Source: Trinickia sp. (GTDB taxonomy: Bacteria > Pseudomonadota > Gammaproteobacteria > Burkholderiales > Burkholderiaceae). From it: a stretch of DNA of 64,000 nt. The DNA is taken from the NCBI RefSeq assembly GCF_051953405.1, contig NZ_JBQCIV010000136.1, positions 1 through 64,000 of the forward strand, given 5' to 3'. How positions within the stretch are numbered: the stretch's first letter is position 1; each line of letters opens with the position of its first letter. Made by a program: the position numbers and the translations under genes. Under the pieces are notes generated by a model, which worked only from the letters and a program-made list of their open reading frames with translations, was not told the origin of the DNA and did not search any database. Below, piece after piece: positions 27,290 through 37,330 of this stretch.

Positions 27290-28546
27290 TTACCGAGCCG
27301 CCCCCGCGAACTTCGCGTCGCCGAGCCCCGCATCCGATGCGCTGCCGTCGCCCGCATCCATCTGAACGCCGCGATGCTCGCCGCCTAGGCCGATCAGCAC
27401 GGAGATCACCACGGCCACGATCCCGGCCACGATTGCCATCGCCATGCCGTAGTTGTCGCCATGGCGGTGCGCGATGGTGGCCTGAATCGTCGCATTGGCC
27501 GAAGCCAGCAGGTTGCCGAGCTGATACACAAGCCCCGGGAACGTCGCCCGCACTTCGGGCGGCGACATTTCGTTCAGGTGAGCCGGAATCACACCCCAAG
27601 CGCCTTGCACCGAAATTTGCATGAGGAACGCACCGATCGCGAGCGCAATGCTGCCGCTGGCGAACGCCCACAGCGGCAACACGGGCAGCGCGAGCAGGGC
27701 CGCGATCGCAATCGCTTTGCGGCGTCCGATTTTTTCCGAAAGCGATCCGAAGAAGATCCCGCCGATGATGGCGCCGATGTTGTACGTGATCGCGATCGCG
27801 CTCACCGTATGCGTGGTGAACTTATGCTGCACCAGCAGGAACGTCGGATACATGTCCTGCGTGCCGTGGCTGAAGAAGTTGAAGGCCGTCATCAACACGA
27901 TCATGTAGAGGGCGAGCTTCCATTCGCGTGCGAGCACCGCGAGGATGCTCGGACGCACGCCGGCGCGTTGGCCGCGTTCCCAGCTAGGCGATTCGGGCAC
28001 GTTGCGGCGGATGAACAGCACGAGCAGCGCGGGCAGTATGCCGATCATGAACATACCGCGCCAGCCGATCGAATCGTGCAACAGGCCGAACACGACCGAG
28101 GCCAGCAAATAGCCCGACGGATAGCCGGCTTGCAGAATGCCCGACATGACGCCGCGCGATTTCGGCGGAATCGACTCCATCGTCAGCGCGGAGCCGACAC
28201 CCCATTCGCCGCCCATCGCCACGCCGAATAGGCTGCGCAGGACGAGCAACATCGTCAGACTCGTCGCGAAGCCCGAGGCCAAATCGAGCAGCGAAAAGAG
28301 GACGATGTTGAGCATGAGGACGGGACGGCGCCCGAACCGGTCGGCCAGCCGGCCGAAAATCAACGCACCGAGCGGGCGCAACGCGAGCGTCAGCGTAATC
28401 GCAATGGTCACGCTCGTGATTTCGGCACCGAAGGCTTTGGCGATGTCCTTGAGGACGAACACCATCAAAAAGAAGTCGAATGCGTCGAGTGTCCAGCCTA
28501 AATAGCTGGCGAGGGCGACGCTGCGCTGCTGCTTGGTCCAAGCCAT
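27290..28546 (-). CDS. MFS transporter (metabolite:H+ symporter-like, 12 TMS)
   Basis: MFS signature GRLADRFGRRPVLM and hydrophobicity pattern. Confidence 0.85.
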   Translation of the reverse strand: MAWTKQQRSVALASYLGWTLDAFDFFLMVFVLKDIAKAFGAEITSVTIAITLTLALRPLGALIFGRLADRFGRRPVLMLNIVLFSLLDLASGFATSLTMLLVLRSLFGVAMGGEWGVGSALTMESIPPKSRGVMSGILQAGYPSGYLLASVVFGLLHDSIGWRGMFMIGILPALLVLFIRRNVPESPSWERGQRAGVRPSILAVLAREWKLALYMIVLMTAFNFFSHGTQDMYPTFLLVQHKFTTHTVSAIAITYNIGAIIGGIFFGSLSEKIGRRKAIAIAALLALPVLPLWAFASGSIALAIGAFLMQISVQGAWGVIPAHLNEMSPPEVRATFPGLVYQLGNLLASANATIQATIAHRHGDNYGMAMAIVAGIVAVVISVLIGLGGEHRGVQMDAGDGSASDAGLGDAKFAGAAR

Positions 28547-28806
28547 GAATCTGTCTCCTGTGGTTTGTTCGTAGCGACCGATGATGGCGAGGCATGGCGC
28601 ACTCGCCGTGGCGCTGATATACGCAGGAGGTGTGCCAACGGCTTGGCTCAGCTAACGCATTGATTGGATAGGGCTATTGGCGAGGCAGGAAGAAAGGGCG
28701 CGCGGAAATCCGCCCGGCGAGGGCCGATTGCCGTGCGGAAATCGTGACGAATGGCGTGCGCGTAAACCCTGAACAACAAGGGTGAAGGGAGACGCCGCCC
28801 TATCGT

Positions 28807-30174
28807 TTACCGAAAATCGTCGGAAGCGATCCCGAGGCGGCGCATCTTGTCGTACAGCGTCTTCTTCGGCAGTCCTAAGCGTTCGCAGGCGAGCGACGCG
28901 CGTCCTTGGCAAGCGCGCAGCGCTTCTTCGATCAAATGCCGCTCGAATCGATTCACCTGCTCTTCGAGCGTGCGCGGCGCGCTAGCGCCGATCGAGTCGT
29001 CCGTATCGGTCACGTCGGCCAGCAGCCCCAGGGTGAAGCGCTCGGCGACGTTGCGCAGTTCGCGCACGTTGCCCGGCCAACTGCGCGACATCAGTGCCTG
29101 CATCTGCTCGGCGCTCGGCGCCTCGGGCACGGGGCGGCCGTAGCGCGCGGACGCTTGCAACACGAAGTGTTCGAACAGCAGCGGGATATCCTCGCGCCGC
29201 TCGCGAAGCGGCGGCACTTCGAGCACGACCACACCCAGGCGGTAGTAGAGATCGTCGCGAAAGCGCTGCTCGCGCGCCAGCGCCAGCAAGTCGGCTTTCG
29301 TGCCCGCTACGATTCGGCAGTTCATCGGCTGCAGCTCGTTCGAACCCACGCGCTCGAACGCACGCTCTTGCAGCACGCGCAGAAACTTCGCCTGCAACGA
29401 CATCTGCATCGTCTCGATTTCGTCGAGAAAGAGCGTGCCGCCGTCGGCGTATTCGACCTTGCCGATACGACGTTTCATGGCGCCCGTGAACGATCCCGCC
29501 TCGTGCCCGAACACTTCGCTCTCGAACAGCATTTCGGGAATGCCGGCGCAGTTGATTGCGGCGAAGTTGGCGTTGCGGCGCACGCCCGCCTCGTGCAACG
29601 CGCGGGCGACGACTTCCTTGCCGGCGCCGGTTTCGCCCAGCACGAGCACGTTCGTGTCCGTATTCGCGAGGTCTAGCACGACGCGGCGCAGCCGCTCGAT
29701 CGCGGGCGATTGCCCCAGAATCTTCGCTTCGATGCGGTCGCGGCCGCTCACTTGCCGGCGCAGCGTGTCGAGTTCGAGCGTCAGATGACGCTTGTCGAGC
29801 GCGCGTTGCGCGACATCGGCGAGATGTTCGGAAGAAAACGGCTTTTCGATGAAATCGTAGGCACCGCGCTTCATGGCCTCGACGGCCATTGCGATGTCGC
29901 CGTGTCCGGTGACGAGGATGACGGGCAAATCCGCATCGATCGCGCGCACCTGCTCGAGCAAGGCAAACCCGTCGATGCCGGGCAACCGCACGTCGGTCAC
30001 GACGATCCCGGCGAACCCGAGCCGAATGTGCCGCAGCGCTTGTTCGGCCCGCTCGAACGCTTGCACCTCGATGCCGCGCAATTGCAAAGCTTGAACGCCG
30101 CCCAGCCTGACGGCCGGCTCGTCTTCGACGAACAATACTTTGAGCCCTTCGTGTTCGCTGCGCGCTTCCGTCAT
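28807..30174 (-). CDS. dctD: sigma-54-dependent Fis-family response regulator (DctD-like)
   Basis: REC domain, AAA+ sigma-54 activator domain ([14 protein letters not shown]-like GSFTGA, ESELFGHE), C-terminal Fis HTH; paired with a DctB-like kinase. Confidence 0.85.
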   Translation of the reverse strand: MTEARSEHEGLKVLFVEDEPAVRLGGVQALQLRGIEVQAFERAEQALRHIRLGFAGIVVTDVRLPGIDGFALLEQVRAIDADLPVILVTGHGDIAMAVEAMKRGAYDFIEKPFSSEHLADVAQRALDKRHLTLELDTLRRQVSGRDRIEAKILGQSPAIERLRRVVLDLANTDTNVLVLGETGAGKEVVARALHEAGVRRNANFAAINCAGIPEMLFESEVFGHEAGSFTGAMKRRIGKVEYADGGTLFLDEIETMQMSLQAKFLRVLQERAFERVGSNELQPMNCRIVAGTKADLLALAREQRFRDDLYYRLGVVVLEVPPLRERREDIPLLFEHFVLQASARYGRPVPEAPSAEQMQALMSRSWPGNVRELRNVAERFTLGLLADVTDTDDSIGASAPRTLEEQVNRFERHLIEEALRACQGRASLACERLGLPKKTLYDKMRRLGIASDDFR

Positions 30175-32213
30175 CGTGGTTCCTTGTCCGCATCGTCCGT
30201 GCCGGTGCGGTTCGTATCGGTCGGCCTGGGGCCTGTCGTTTCGTCGGTTCGGCCGGGTTCGGTCGCACGGCGCAAGCGCAGCGTGAACGAAGCGCCGCCT
30301 GCCGGGGAAGGCGCATCGGCCTTTAACGTTCCGCCGAGTTCGCGCACGATGCCCGCCGAAATCGCGAGGCCGAGCCCGAGCCCGGCGCCCGGCGGTTTCG
30401 TCGTAAAAAACGGTTCGAACAGCCGAGCACGTACCGCATCGGAAATGCCCGGCCCCGTATCGGCAACGACGATGTCGACGAATGCGTCGTCCGCGTCGTC
30501 GGTACGCATCGTAATCGAGAGCTGTCGGACCGGGCTCTCGAGCATCGCATCGAGTGCGTTCGCGAAGAGGTTGACGAGCACTTGTTCGAGCCGGTTAGCA
30601 TCGGCCAGCACGAACCATTCGGAATACGCGGAAGGCGGCTCGGGCGCGTGTCGAACGACTTCGACGTTTTCCTTGCGTAACCGCAATTCGACGAGAAAGA
30701 GCGCGTTGGCCAGCGCGCGCTCGACCGCGACGGGCGCCAGCTCGGCCGGTGCCTTGCGCGAGAAGCGGCGCAACTGGGCCGTGATCTTGCCCATCCGCTC
30801 GATGAGCCCGCCGATGACGCGCAGATTGTTCTCGGCCTCTTCGGGACGCCCGCGTTGGAGGAACAGCAAGGCGTTGTCGGACAGCGTGCGCAGCGCCGCG
30901 AGCGGTTGATTGAGTTCGTGCGTGATGCCGGCCGACATCTGGCCGATGAGCGCCATTTTGCCCGCTTGCACGAGTTCTTCGAGCGTCGACTTGAGCGTCG
31001 CTTCGGTGCGTTTGTGCTCGGCGATCTCGCTGCGCAAGCTGTTGTTGGCGCGGGCGAGCGCGCCGGTGCGCCGCGTGACCTTGCGTTCGAGTTCGTCGTT
31101 CATGCGCTCGAGCGTTTCGCGCATGGCTAAACGCTGCGCGATGACCTTACGGCGCTGAACGAGATAGAGCGTGCCGATCGTCGCAAGCGAGAGGGCCAAT
31201 GCCGCGACGAGCGCCGCGTAGCGCGCGCTCTTGCGCGCGGGGGCGATCTCGGTCATCGACATGATCCGCCAATCGGTGCCCGATACCCGGCGGCTGACGA
31301 CGACGAAATCGGTTCGGCGCTCGATCCCGTTGCGGCCCGGGCTCGCGGCAAGGGGATTGGGCGCCGATACCGCATCGATCTCGGCGTTCGGCGCGAGCAA
31401 GCGCCTTCGGACGAGGCCGATCGCTTCGAGCGCGCCGGGCCCCTGGTACTGGCGCTTCGTGTCGATGCGCGCACGGGCGGCGGCGGACAGCGGGTGCAGC
31501 GTGCGGTATTTCCAGCCGGGGAACGAGGTGAGGAACACCACGCCGTTTGCGTCGGCGACGAGCACTGTTTCATCGCCGCGTTTCCATAGCGCTTCGATGG
31601 GATCCAGGCTGATTTTGGTGGCGACGACACCGAGTACGCGTCCGCCTTCACCGATGCGCGCGGCGTAGAAGTAGCCGGGCAGGCGGCTGGTCGATCCCAG
31701 GCCGTAAAAGCGCCCGGTACCGCTGTGCAGCGCGTCGATGAAATATGGGCGGTACGAAAAATTCTGGCCGACGAAGCTGACGCTCTGGTTCCAATTGCTG
31801 GCCGCGAGCGTCGTGCCGCTCAAGTCGAGAACGTAGATGGCCGCTGCCTGCGAATCGGTCGTGACGTCGGCGAGATAGCGATTGACGCGCGAGATCAGAG
31901 CCGGATCAGTGGGATGCCGCAGCAGTTCGGCGATGTCGGGGTTCAGGCTCAGCAGGGCCGGCAGGTAGTCGTAACGTGTGAGTTCGCCCTTGAGCGTGCT
32001 CTCGTCGACGTCGAGCCGATGCGCGGCGCGCTCGATGATCGCGCTCGTTTCGGCGCGTTCGGCATAGCGATAAGCGGTCCACGCCCCGGCGGCGACGAGG
32101 GCGACGAATGCGAGCGCTTTCGCCGTTTGCGACGCGCTAGGAAGGCGCGCGGCGATGCGCGCGGGCCAACGCGGCGGGCGCGGCGAGGGCACGCTGGGCC
32201 GGAGTGAATTCAT
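30171..32213 (-). CDS. dctB: C4-dicarboxylate sensor histidine kinase (DctB-like)
   Basis: Periplasmic sensor between two TM segments, H-box GITHELNQPL, HATPase_c; stop overlaps the dctD start (ATGA). Confidence 0.85.
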   Translation of the reverse strand: MNSLRPSVPSPRPPRWPARIAARLPSASQTAKALAFVALVAAGAWTAYRYAERAETSAIIERAAHRLDVDESTLKGELTRYDYLPALLSLNPDIAELLRHPTDPALISRVNRYLADVTTDSQAAAIYVLDLSGTTLAASNWNQSVSFVGQNFSYRPYFIDALHSGTGRFYGLGSTSRLPGYFYAARIGEGGRVLGVVATKISLDPIEALWKRGDETVLVADANGVVFLTSFPGWKYRTLHPLSAAARARIDTKRQYQGPGALEAIGLVRRRLLAPNAEIDAVSAPNPLAASPGRNGIERRTDFVVVSRRVSGTDWRIMSMTEIAPARKSARYAALVAALALSLATIGTLYLVQRRKVIAQRLAMRETLERMNDELERKVTRRTGALARANNSLRSEIAEHKRTEATLKSTLEELVQAGKMALIGQMSAGITHELNQPLAALRTLSDNALLFLQRGRPEEAENNLRVIGGLIERMGKITAQLRRFSRKAPAELAPVAVERALANALFLVELRLRKENVEVVRHAPEPPSAYSEWFVLADANRLEQVLVNLFANALDAMLESPVRQLSITMRTDDADDAFVDIVVADTGPGISDAVRARLFEPFFTTKPPGAGLGLGLAISAGIVRELGGTLKADAPSPAGGASFTLRLRRATEPGRTDETTGPRPTDTNRTGTDDADKEPR

Positions 32214-32488
32214 TGAGGAACGCTTAAAGCTTGCCGGCCGGTGCCGGGAGCGCGCAGTTTAACGAATCTGGCGCGAAGCGGGGATCGGGGGAAATCGGGG
32301 GGCGAAGGTTAGCCGTTTGGCTATCAGTCGACGCCGTTCATGCGTGGGACACTCTGTCTCGTGGAGGCGTCGACAGTCAGCGGTCGACAAACTGGACGTA
32401 CAGGCCGCCGAGCGCGGGGAAAGGGTTGGGAGAGCTTATGGGAGTGGTTAAAATGGCGCCATTCGCGACTGAGCTTAGAGGCCGAAAG

Positions 32489-32920
32489 ATGGGAACGAGC
32501 TACGAGAAGGACGTGGTGGCATGGGCCATCGAACAGGCAGCGTTGTTGCGCGCCGGCGATTTCTCGGCGCTGGACATTGAGCACATCGCGGAGGAAATCG
32601 AGGACGTGGGTAAGAGCGAACAGCGTGAACTGGCGAGCCGCATGGCCGTGCTACTAGCCCACTTATTGAAGTGGCAATACCAGCCTGACCGTCGCGGTTC
32701 GAGCTGGCGGCGGACGCTCAAAGAACAGCGGCGGGCTCTTGCGGAACATATTGCGGAAACGCCGAGCCTAAAGCGCTCCTTACTCGACGAACACTGGATA
32801 CGTAAGACCTGGGCCGATGCGGTGGCCAAAGCGGTCGAAGAAACAGATCTCGTGGTGTTCCCTGAGACCTGCCCATGGTCCATGGAGCAGGCGATGGATG
32901 CGGATTTTCTGCCGGAGTGA
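32489..32920 (+). CDS. DUF29-family protein
   Basis: YEKDVVAWAIEQAALLRAGDF...LDIEHIAEEIEDVGKSEQREL...LLKWQYQP is characteristic DUF29; GAGG SD before ATG 32489. Confidence 0.7.
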   Translation: MGTSYEKDVVAWAIEQAALLRAGDFSALDIEHIAEEIEDVGKSEQRELASRMAVLLAHLLKWQYQPDRRGSSWRRTLKEQRRALAEHIAETPSLKRSLLDEHWIRKTWADAVAKAVEETDLVVFPETCPWSMEQAMDADFLPE

Positions 32921-33189
32921 GCACGGCGTTATCCGATCACCCACAGCCGATCCGTCCCGTACATCTCACACATCTCATACATCCGACAGAACCCATCGCC
33001 AGCCGCGCTCCGTTGAATCATTACCTCCGAGCGTAAGGGCGCGGGCCGGATTCGGCATGGTTTTTTCCGTCCGCCTAAACCTAGCACCCTAGCGTTGCCG
33101 CCGCTATTCGGCAGACACGTACCGCGCACTGCGCATTGTCGCCTCGTTTGTTTCGCTCGACGTTCATTATCGGCACCGCCGCGCCGACG

Positions 33190-33220
33190 TTGACAACATA
33201 TGTTGTTGCGAAGTATAAAT
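33190..33220 (+). promoter_or_regulatory. sigma70-like promoter TTGACA-18-TATAAAT with a perfect 14-bp palindrome ACAACATATGTTGT (33193-33206) in the spacer
   Basis: Read directly; 80 nt upstream of the aminotransferase ATG. Confidence 0.35.
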
Positions 33221-33299
33221 AAGCATCAATTGTTTGGTCGATGCCGATGCGTTCGTCGGTTGCCGGCGCGGCCTTCCCATCTTCGTTTTCGAGGTCCCC

Positions 33300-34652
33300 A
33301 TGTCCTACGTATTTCATCGGATGCCGAACAAGCCGCTGCCCGTGGCGGTGGCCGGAGACGGTATCGAAGTCATCGATTCGGCCGGCAAGCGTTACATCGA
33401 CGCGAGCGGCGGCGCGGCGGTGTCGTGCCTTGGCCATAGTCATCGGCGCGTGACCGACGCCATCGAACGGCAGGCGCGCCAGCTTGCCTACGCGCACACG
33501 TCGTTTTTCACTACGCAGGCGGCCGAGGCGTTGGCCGAGCGGCTCGTGGTGACGGCGCCGGCCGGCATCGGCCATGCCTATTTCGTGTCGGGCGGTTCCG
33601 AGGCGGTCGAGGCTGCGCTCAAGCTCGCGCGTCAGTACTTCGTCGAAATCGGCCAGCCCGAGCGTCGGCATTTCATCGCGCGCCGGCAGAGCTACCACGG
33701 CAATACGCTCGGCGCGCTGGCCATCGGCGGCAACGCGTGGCGCCGCGAGCCGTTTCTGCCGCTGCTGATCGAAGCGAACCACGTGAGCCCCTGTTATGCC
33801 TATCGTGGCCGGTTGTCCGGCGAATCCGACGAGGCCTACGCGCAGCGCCTCGCCGACGAACTCGAACAAAAGATTCTCGAACTGGGCCCCGATACGGTGG
33901 CGGCCTTCGTGGCCGAGACGGTGGTCGGCGCGACGATGGGCGCCGTGCCGCCTGTGCGCGGCTATTTCCGCAAGATGCGCGAGGTGTGCGACAAGTACGG
34001 CGTCCTGTTGATTCTCGACGAAGTGATGTGCGGCATGGGGCGCACGGGTTACCTCTACGCGTGCGAGGAAGAGGGCATCGCCCCCGATTTGCTGACGATC
34101 GCCAAGGGGCTCGGCGCCGGCTATCAGCCGATCGGTGCCACGCTCGTCGGCAATCGCATTTACGATGCGATCGTCGAGGGCTCGGGCTTCTTCCAGCACG
34201 GCCACACGTACATGGGTCACGCAACCGCCTGCGCCGCTGCGCTCGAAGTGCAGAACGTCATTGCAGACGAGGATTTGTTGCCGAACGTCAGGGCGCGCGG
34301 CGAGCAACTGCGCGCGACCTTGCGCGATCGGTTGGGCGACCATCCGTATATCGGGGACATTCGAGGCCGAGGCTTGTTCGTCGGCGTCGAATTCGTGCGC
34401 GACCGCGAGCGCAAGACACCGTTCGATCCCGCCTGCAAGCTCAACGCAGTCATCAAGCGCGAAGCGATGGCGCGCGGCCTCATGGTCTATCCGATGGGCG
34501 GTACCATCGACGGCAAGCAAGGCGATCACGTTTTGCTAGCGCCGCCGTTTATCTGTACGCCTAACGATATCGAACGCATTGCGGAGCGCTTGCACGATGC
34601 CGTGAGCGCTGCGCTGGCCGACGCCGGGGCATCGACGGAGGCCAGCCGTTGA
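33300..34652 (+). CDS. class III (omega) aminotransferase, PLP-dependent
   Basis: LILDEVMCGMGRTG PLP-lysine region; overall AT-III pattern. Confidence 0.9.
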   Translation: MSYVFHRMPNKPLPVAVAGDGIEVIDSAGKRYIDASGGAAVSCLGHSHRRVTDAIERQARQLAYAHTSFFTTQAAEALAERLVVTAPAGIGHAYFVSGGSEAVEAALKLARQYFVEIGQPERRHFIARRQSYHGNTLGALAIGGNAWRREPFLPLLIEANHVSPCYAYRGRLSGESDEAYAQRLADELEQKILELGPDTVAAFVAETVVGATMGAVPPVRGYFRKMREVCDKYGVLLILDEVMCGMGRTGYLYACEEEGIAPDLLTIAKGLGAGYQPIGATLVGNRIYDAIVEGSGFFQHGHTYMGHATACAAALEVQNVIADEDLLPNVRARGEQLRATLRDRLGDHPYIGDIRGRGLFVGVEFVRDRERKTPFDPACKLNAVIKREAMARGLMVYPMGGTIDGKQGDHVLLAPPFICTPNDIERIAERLHDAVSAALADAGASTEASR

Positions 34653-34690
34653 ACCATACTGCTGCCATGCGGCCCGAAGAAGGACACACG

Positions 34691-35263
34691 ATGAAGGCGA
34701 AAGGCACCACCGACGCACGGCTACCGGAGTTCGATCGCGCCGCCGCCAGCCCCGAGCAACTGGCCGTGTTGGACGAAATCCTATCGGGGCCGCGCGGCAA
34801 CCTCGCGGGTCCGTTCCTAGCGTGGATCGCCAGCCCGGATCTCGCCCAACACGCGCAGCGGCTCGGTGCATTCTGCCGGTATCGCACGGGGTTGCCGTTG
34901 CGGCTTTCCGAGTTGGCGATTTTGGTGACGGCGGTCAGGTGGCGCGCGCAAGCGGAGTGGCTGATTCACTATCCGATCGCGATCGAAGCGGGGGTGCCGG
35001 ATGCCGTCGCGCAGGCCCTGCTCCAGGGGCGACGCCCCGATTTCGACGATGCGGACGACGCGCTGATCTACACTTTCGCAACCGAACTCTACGACGCCAA
35101 GCGTGTGTCCGATCCGATCTTCCAGCAGGCCGTCCAGCGTTTCGGCCACGAAACCACCGTTAATCTGGTGGGCTTGCTCGGCTATTACGCTTTGGTTGCC
35201 ATGACGCTGAACGTATTCGCCATGCGCACTGAAAGCGACATGCCTTTGCCATTCGCGGAGTAA
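34691..35263 (+). CDS. carboxymuconolactone decarboxylase (AhpD-like) family protein
   Basis: CMD-family pattern; AAGGA SD before ATG 34691. Confidence 0.7.
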   Translation: MKAKGTTDARLPEFDRAAASPEQLAVLDEILSGPRGNLAGPFLAWIASPDLAQHAQRLGAFCRYRTGLPLRLSELAILVTAVRWRAQAEWLIHYPIAIEAGVPDAVAQALLQGRRPDFDDADDALIYTFATELYDAKRVSDPIFQQAVQRFGHETTVNLVGLLGYYALVAMTLNVFAMRTESDMPLPFAE

Positions 35264-35370
35264 GCGTGCGTGCCGTCGTCGGATCTGAAGGATGCACTGA
35301 GCGCCGACCGTGGGAGGCAGCCGTGCAGGCTGCGCGACCCAAAGCCCGATAACGTTCGGCACGCTCGCCA

Positions 35371-35447
35371 TGAGCCATGAGCCATGAGCCATGAGCCATG
35401 AGCCGTCAGGCATGAGCCGTCAGCCATGAGCCATGAGCCATGAGGCC
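35371..35447. repeat. heptanucleotide tandem repeat (TGAGCCA consensus, 11 units, some variants)
   Basis: Read directly; begins 1 nt beyond the stop codon of the DUF2182 gene, between convergent genes. Confidence 0.9.
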
Positions 35448-35448
35448 G

Positions 35449-36231
35449 CTAGGGGCGGCCGATTGCCTGCGCAGCTACGCACCCTCCGGTTATCACGACG
35501 GCGACGCCGATAGCGCGAGCCGTTTTGCCCCGCGCGGGGACGAAGCGCTCCAAGCTCATGGCCGCCGTGATCGCGGCCATCGCGAGCGGATCGATCACGC
35601 CGACGAGCAGCAGGACCATCATCCAATTCGCGCAGCAAAGACCGCCCTCGAACGCTAGCCGAAAGCCGAACCGACACGCCGTGCGCAAATCGATCGCTTC
35701 TCTGCGACTACGCATGCGCGGGTTTGCGCAGCGGGCGATTTGGCGTGCTTTCCATTCGGTGAATTGAACCGCGCCGGCGAGCGCGATCAGGAGCCCCGCC
35801 ACGAGCGGCACCGGGCGAGCGAGCGGGGCCGCGCTCGGCAAGATCGCCGCCAAGGCATCGCCGCCGACGAACACGACCGCACCGGCCGCGGCCCACGCGA
35901 GCGCATAGGCAACGAACGCCGCAAGCATGACGCTCGCCGCCATGGCGCACGGGGCGCCGCGCACGCGTTGCTGAAGCCACCCCCACTCCGGTAGCGACAT
36001 CGGCAGCATCATCGCCGCCATCATGGCGGTCCACATGCCGACGAACGATGTTGCGGCGCCAAGCCACGTCTGACCGCACATGGGTGTCCAGAGCGCCGAC
36101 ATCGACCATCCGCCCGGCATCGGCACCGCCCCCATCTCGGACATCGATCGGCATGCGCAAATAGAGACGGTGGCCCCGGCGATAGCGGCGAGCGCGATCA
36201 GCCAGCCGCGAGACCGGGGCGCGGCCGGCAT
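35449..36231 (-). CDS. DUF2182-family integral membrane protein (predicted metal-binding)
   Basis: Multi-TM, Met/Cys/Trp-rich pattern typical of DUF2182; conserved partner DUF899 gene upstream. Confidence 0.7.
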   Translation of the reverse strand: MPAAPRSRGWLIALAAIAGATVSICACRSMSEMGAVPMPGGWSMSALWTPMCGQTWLGAATSFVGMWTAMMAAMMLPMSLPEWGWLQQRVRGAPCAMAASVMLAAFVAYALAWAAAGAVVFVGGDALAAILPSAAPLARPVPLVAGLLIALAGAVQFTEWKARQIARCANPRMRSRREAIDLRTACRFGFRLAFEGGLCCANWMMVLLLVGVIDPLAMAAITAAMSLERFVPARGKTARAIGVAVVITGGCVAAQAIGRP

Positions 36232-36240
36232 GGCCGGAGA

Positions 36241-36350
36241 CGACCCCAGCGACGACCCCGGCGACGACCCCGGCTACGACACAATCGCCGAAGCGCTCGC
36301 CGAAGCGCCCGCCGAAGCGCTCGCCGAAGCGCTCGCCGCCCGAGCGCGCC
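36241..36350. repeat. two adjacent 12-mer tandem repeat arrays (GACGACCCCGGC x3; GCCGAAGCGCTC x4) in the region upstream of the DUF2182 gene
   Basis: Read directly. Confidence 0.85.
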
Positions 36351-36389
36351 CGTGCTCGAAGCAAATCTCGCAGCCGTCCACGATCGGCC

Positions 36390-37154
36390 TCACCGCTGCG
36401 CATACTCGTCGTGGCGCTTCCACCAGACGCCGGTTTCGTTGCGGCCGAGCGGCGCGCGATCGAGCAGCGCATACATGCCCCAGATCGCATCGACCCCGCG
36501 AGCATAGGTCGAATACGTGTGATAGACGACGCCATCCTCGAGTACGAACGCGCTCAGGCCCGGCCGATCGCGCGCGTAAGTTTTCGCATCGGTGCCGCAC
36601 GTGGCGGCAAACTGCCGGACGGGCTCGGGCGCCGGTTCGGCATCCATCGCATGGCGACCGCGGTGATAGTTGTACTCGATCTCGCCGTCGCGTTGCTGCA
36701 TCTCGGTGAAGGAGACGTTGAAGTCGAAGTTGAAATCGCTATCGCCCGAACTCGCCCAAGGAAACGACCATCCCATCCGCCGCTTGTACCCGAGCAGCTT
36801 GTCGATCGGCGCGCGCGACACGGCCGTCAGCGTGACGTCGTGTTCGGCGAGATGGGCGACCGAGCCGTTGAAGGAATCGGCGACGGCGGAGCAGGACGGA
36901 CATCCCGCCTTGTAGTCGGGGCCGAACATGAAGTGATAGACGAGCAGTTGCGAGCGCCCTTCGAACAGATCCGGCAGCGAGACGGCGCCGCGCTCGGTAT
37001 CGAAGCGGTACGCGCGTTCGACGCGTACCCAAGGCAATGCCTGCCGCTGGCGCGCGAGTTCGTCGCCGCGGCGCGTGAAAGCTTTCTCGGCCGCGAGCAG
37101 CTCGAGGCGGGCGGCCAGCCATTGGTCGCGTGTTCCGGTTGCATGAGTCGTCAT
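36390..37154 (-). CDS. DUF899-family thioredoxin-fold protein
   Basis: CPSC motif (KAGCPSCS) and family pattern; GGAG SD before ATG 37154. Confidence 0.75.
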   Translation of the reverse strand: MTTHATGTRDQWLAARLELLAAEKAFTRRGDELARQRQALPWVRVERAYRFDTERGAVSLPDLFEGRSQLLVYHFMFGPDYKAGCPSCSAVADSFNGSVAHLAEHDVTLTAVSRAPIDKLLGYKRRMGWSFPWASSGDSDFNFDFNVSFTEMQQRDGEIEYNYHRGRHAMDAEPAPEPVRQFAATCGTDAKTYARDRPGLSAFVLEDGVVYHTYSTYARGVDAIWGMYALLDRAPLGRNETGVWWKRHDEYAQR

Positions 37155-37330
37155 GGTTTGCTCCATTGGATGGTTCGGATGGGTGCTGAATCGTCAATCG
37201 CATGGCGCGGAGGCCGGCGATTGCCTGAGCCGGCCGCTTACGCGACGGCTGTCTACATGTCGCGACATGTCACGTGCTAGATTAGTGACCGCCATCGAAC
37301 GGAGGGAGTGACAAGTGTGGCGGGATTCGG

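Noticed and set aside
35371-35447. CRISPR array
   Set aside because: The unit length is 7 nt with no spacers. It is a microsatellite-type repeat, not a repeat-spacer array, and there are no cas genes.
36232-36276. N-terminal extension of the DUF2182 protein through the 12-mer repeats
   Set aside because: In-frame translation upstream of ATG 36231 hits a stop at 36274-36276 after a short S/G/P-rich run, so the repeats are non-coding for this gene.
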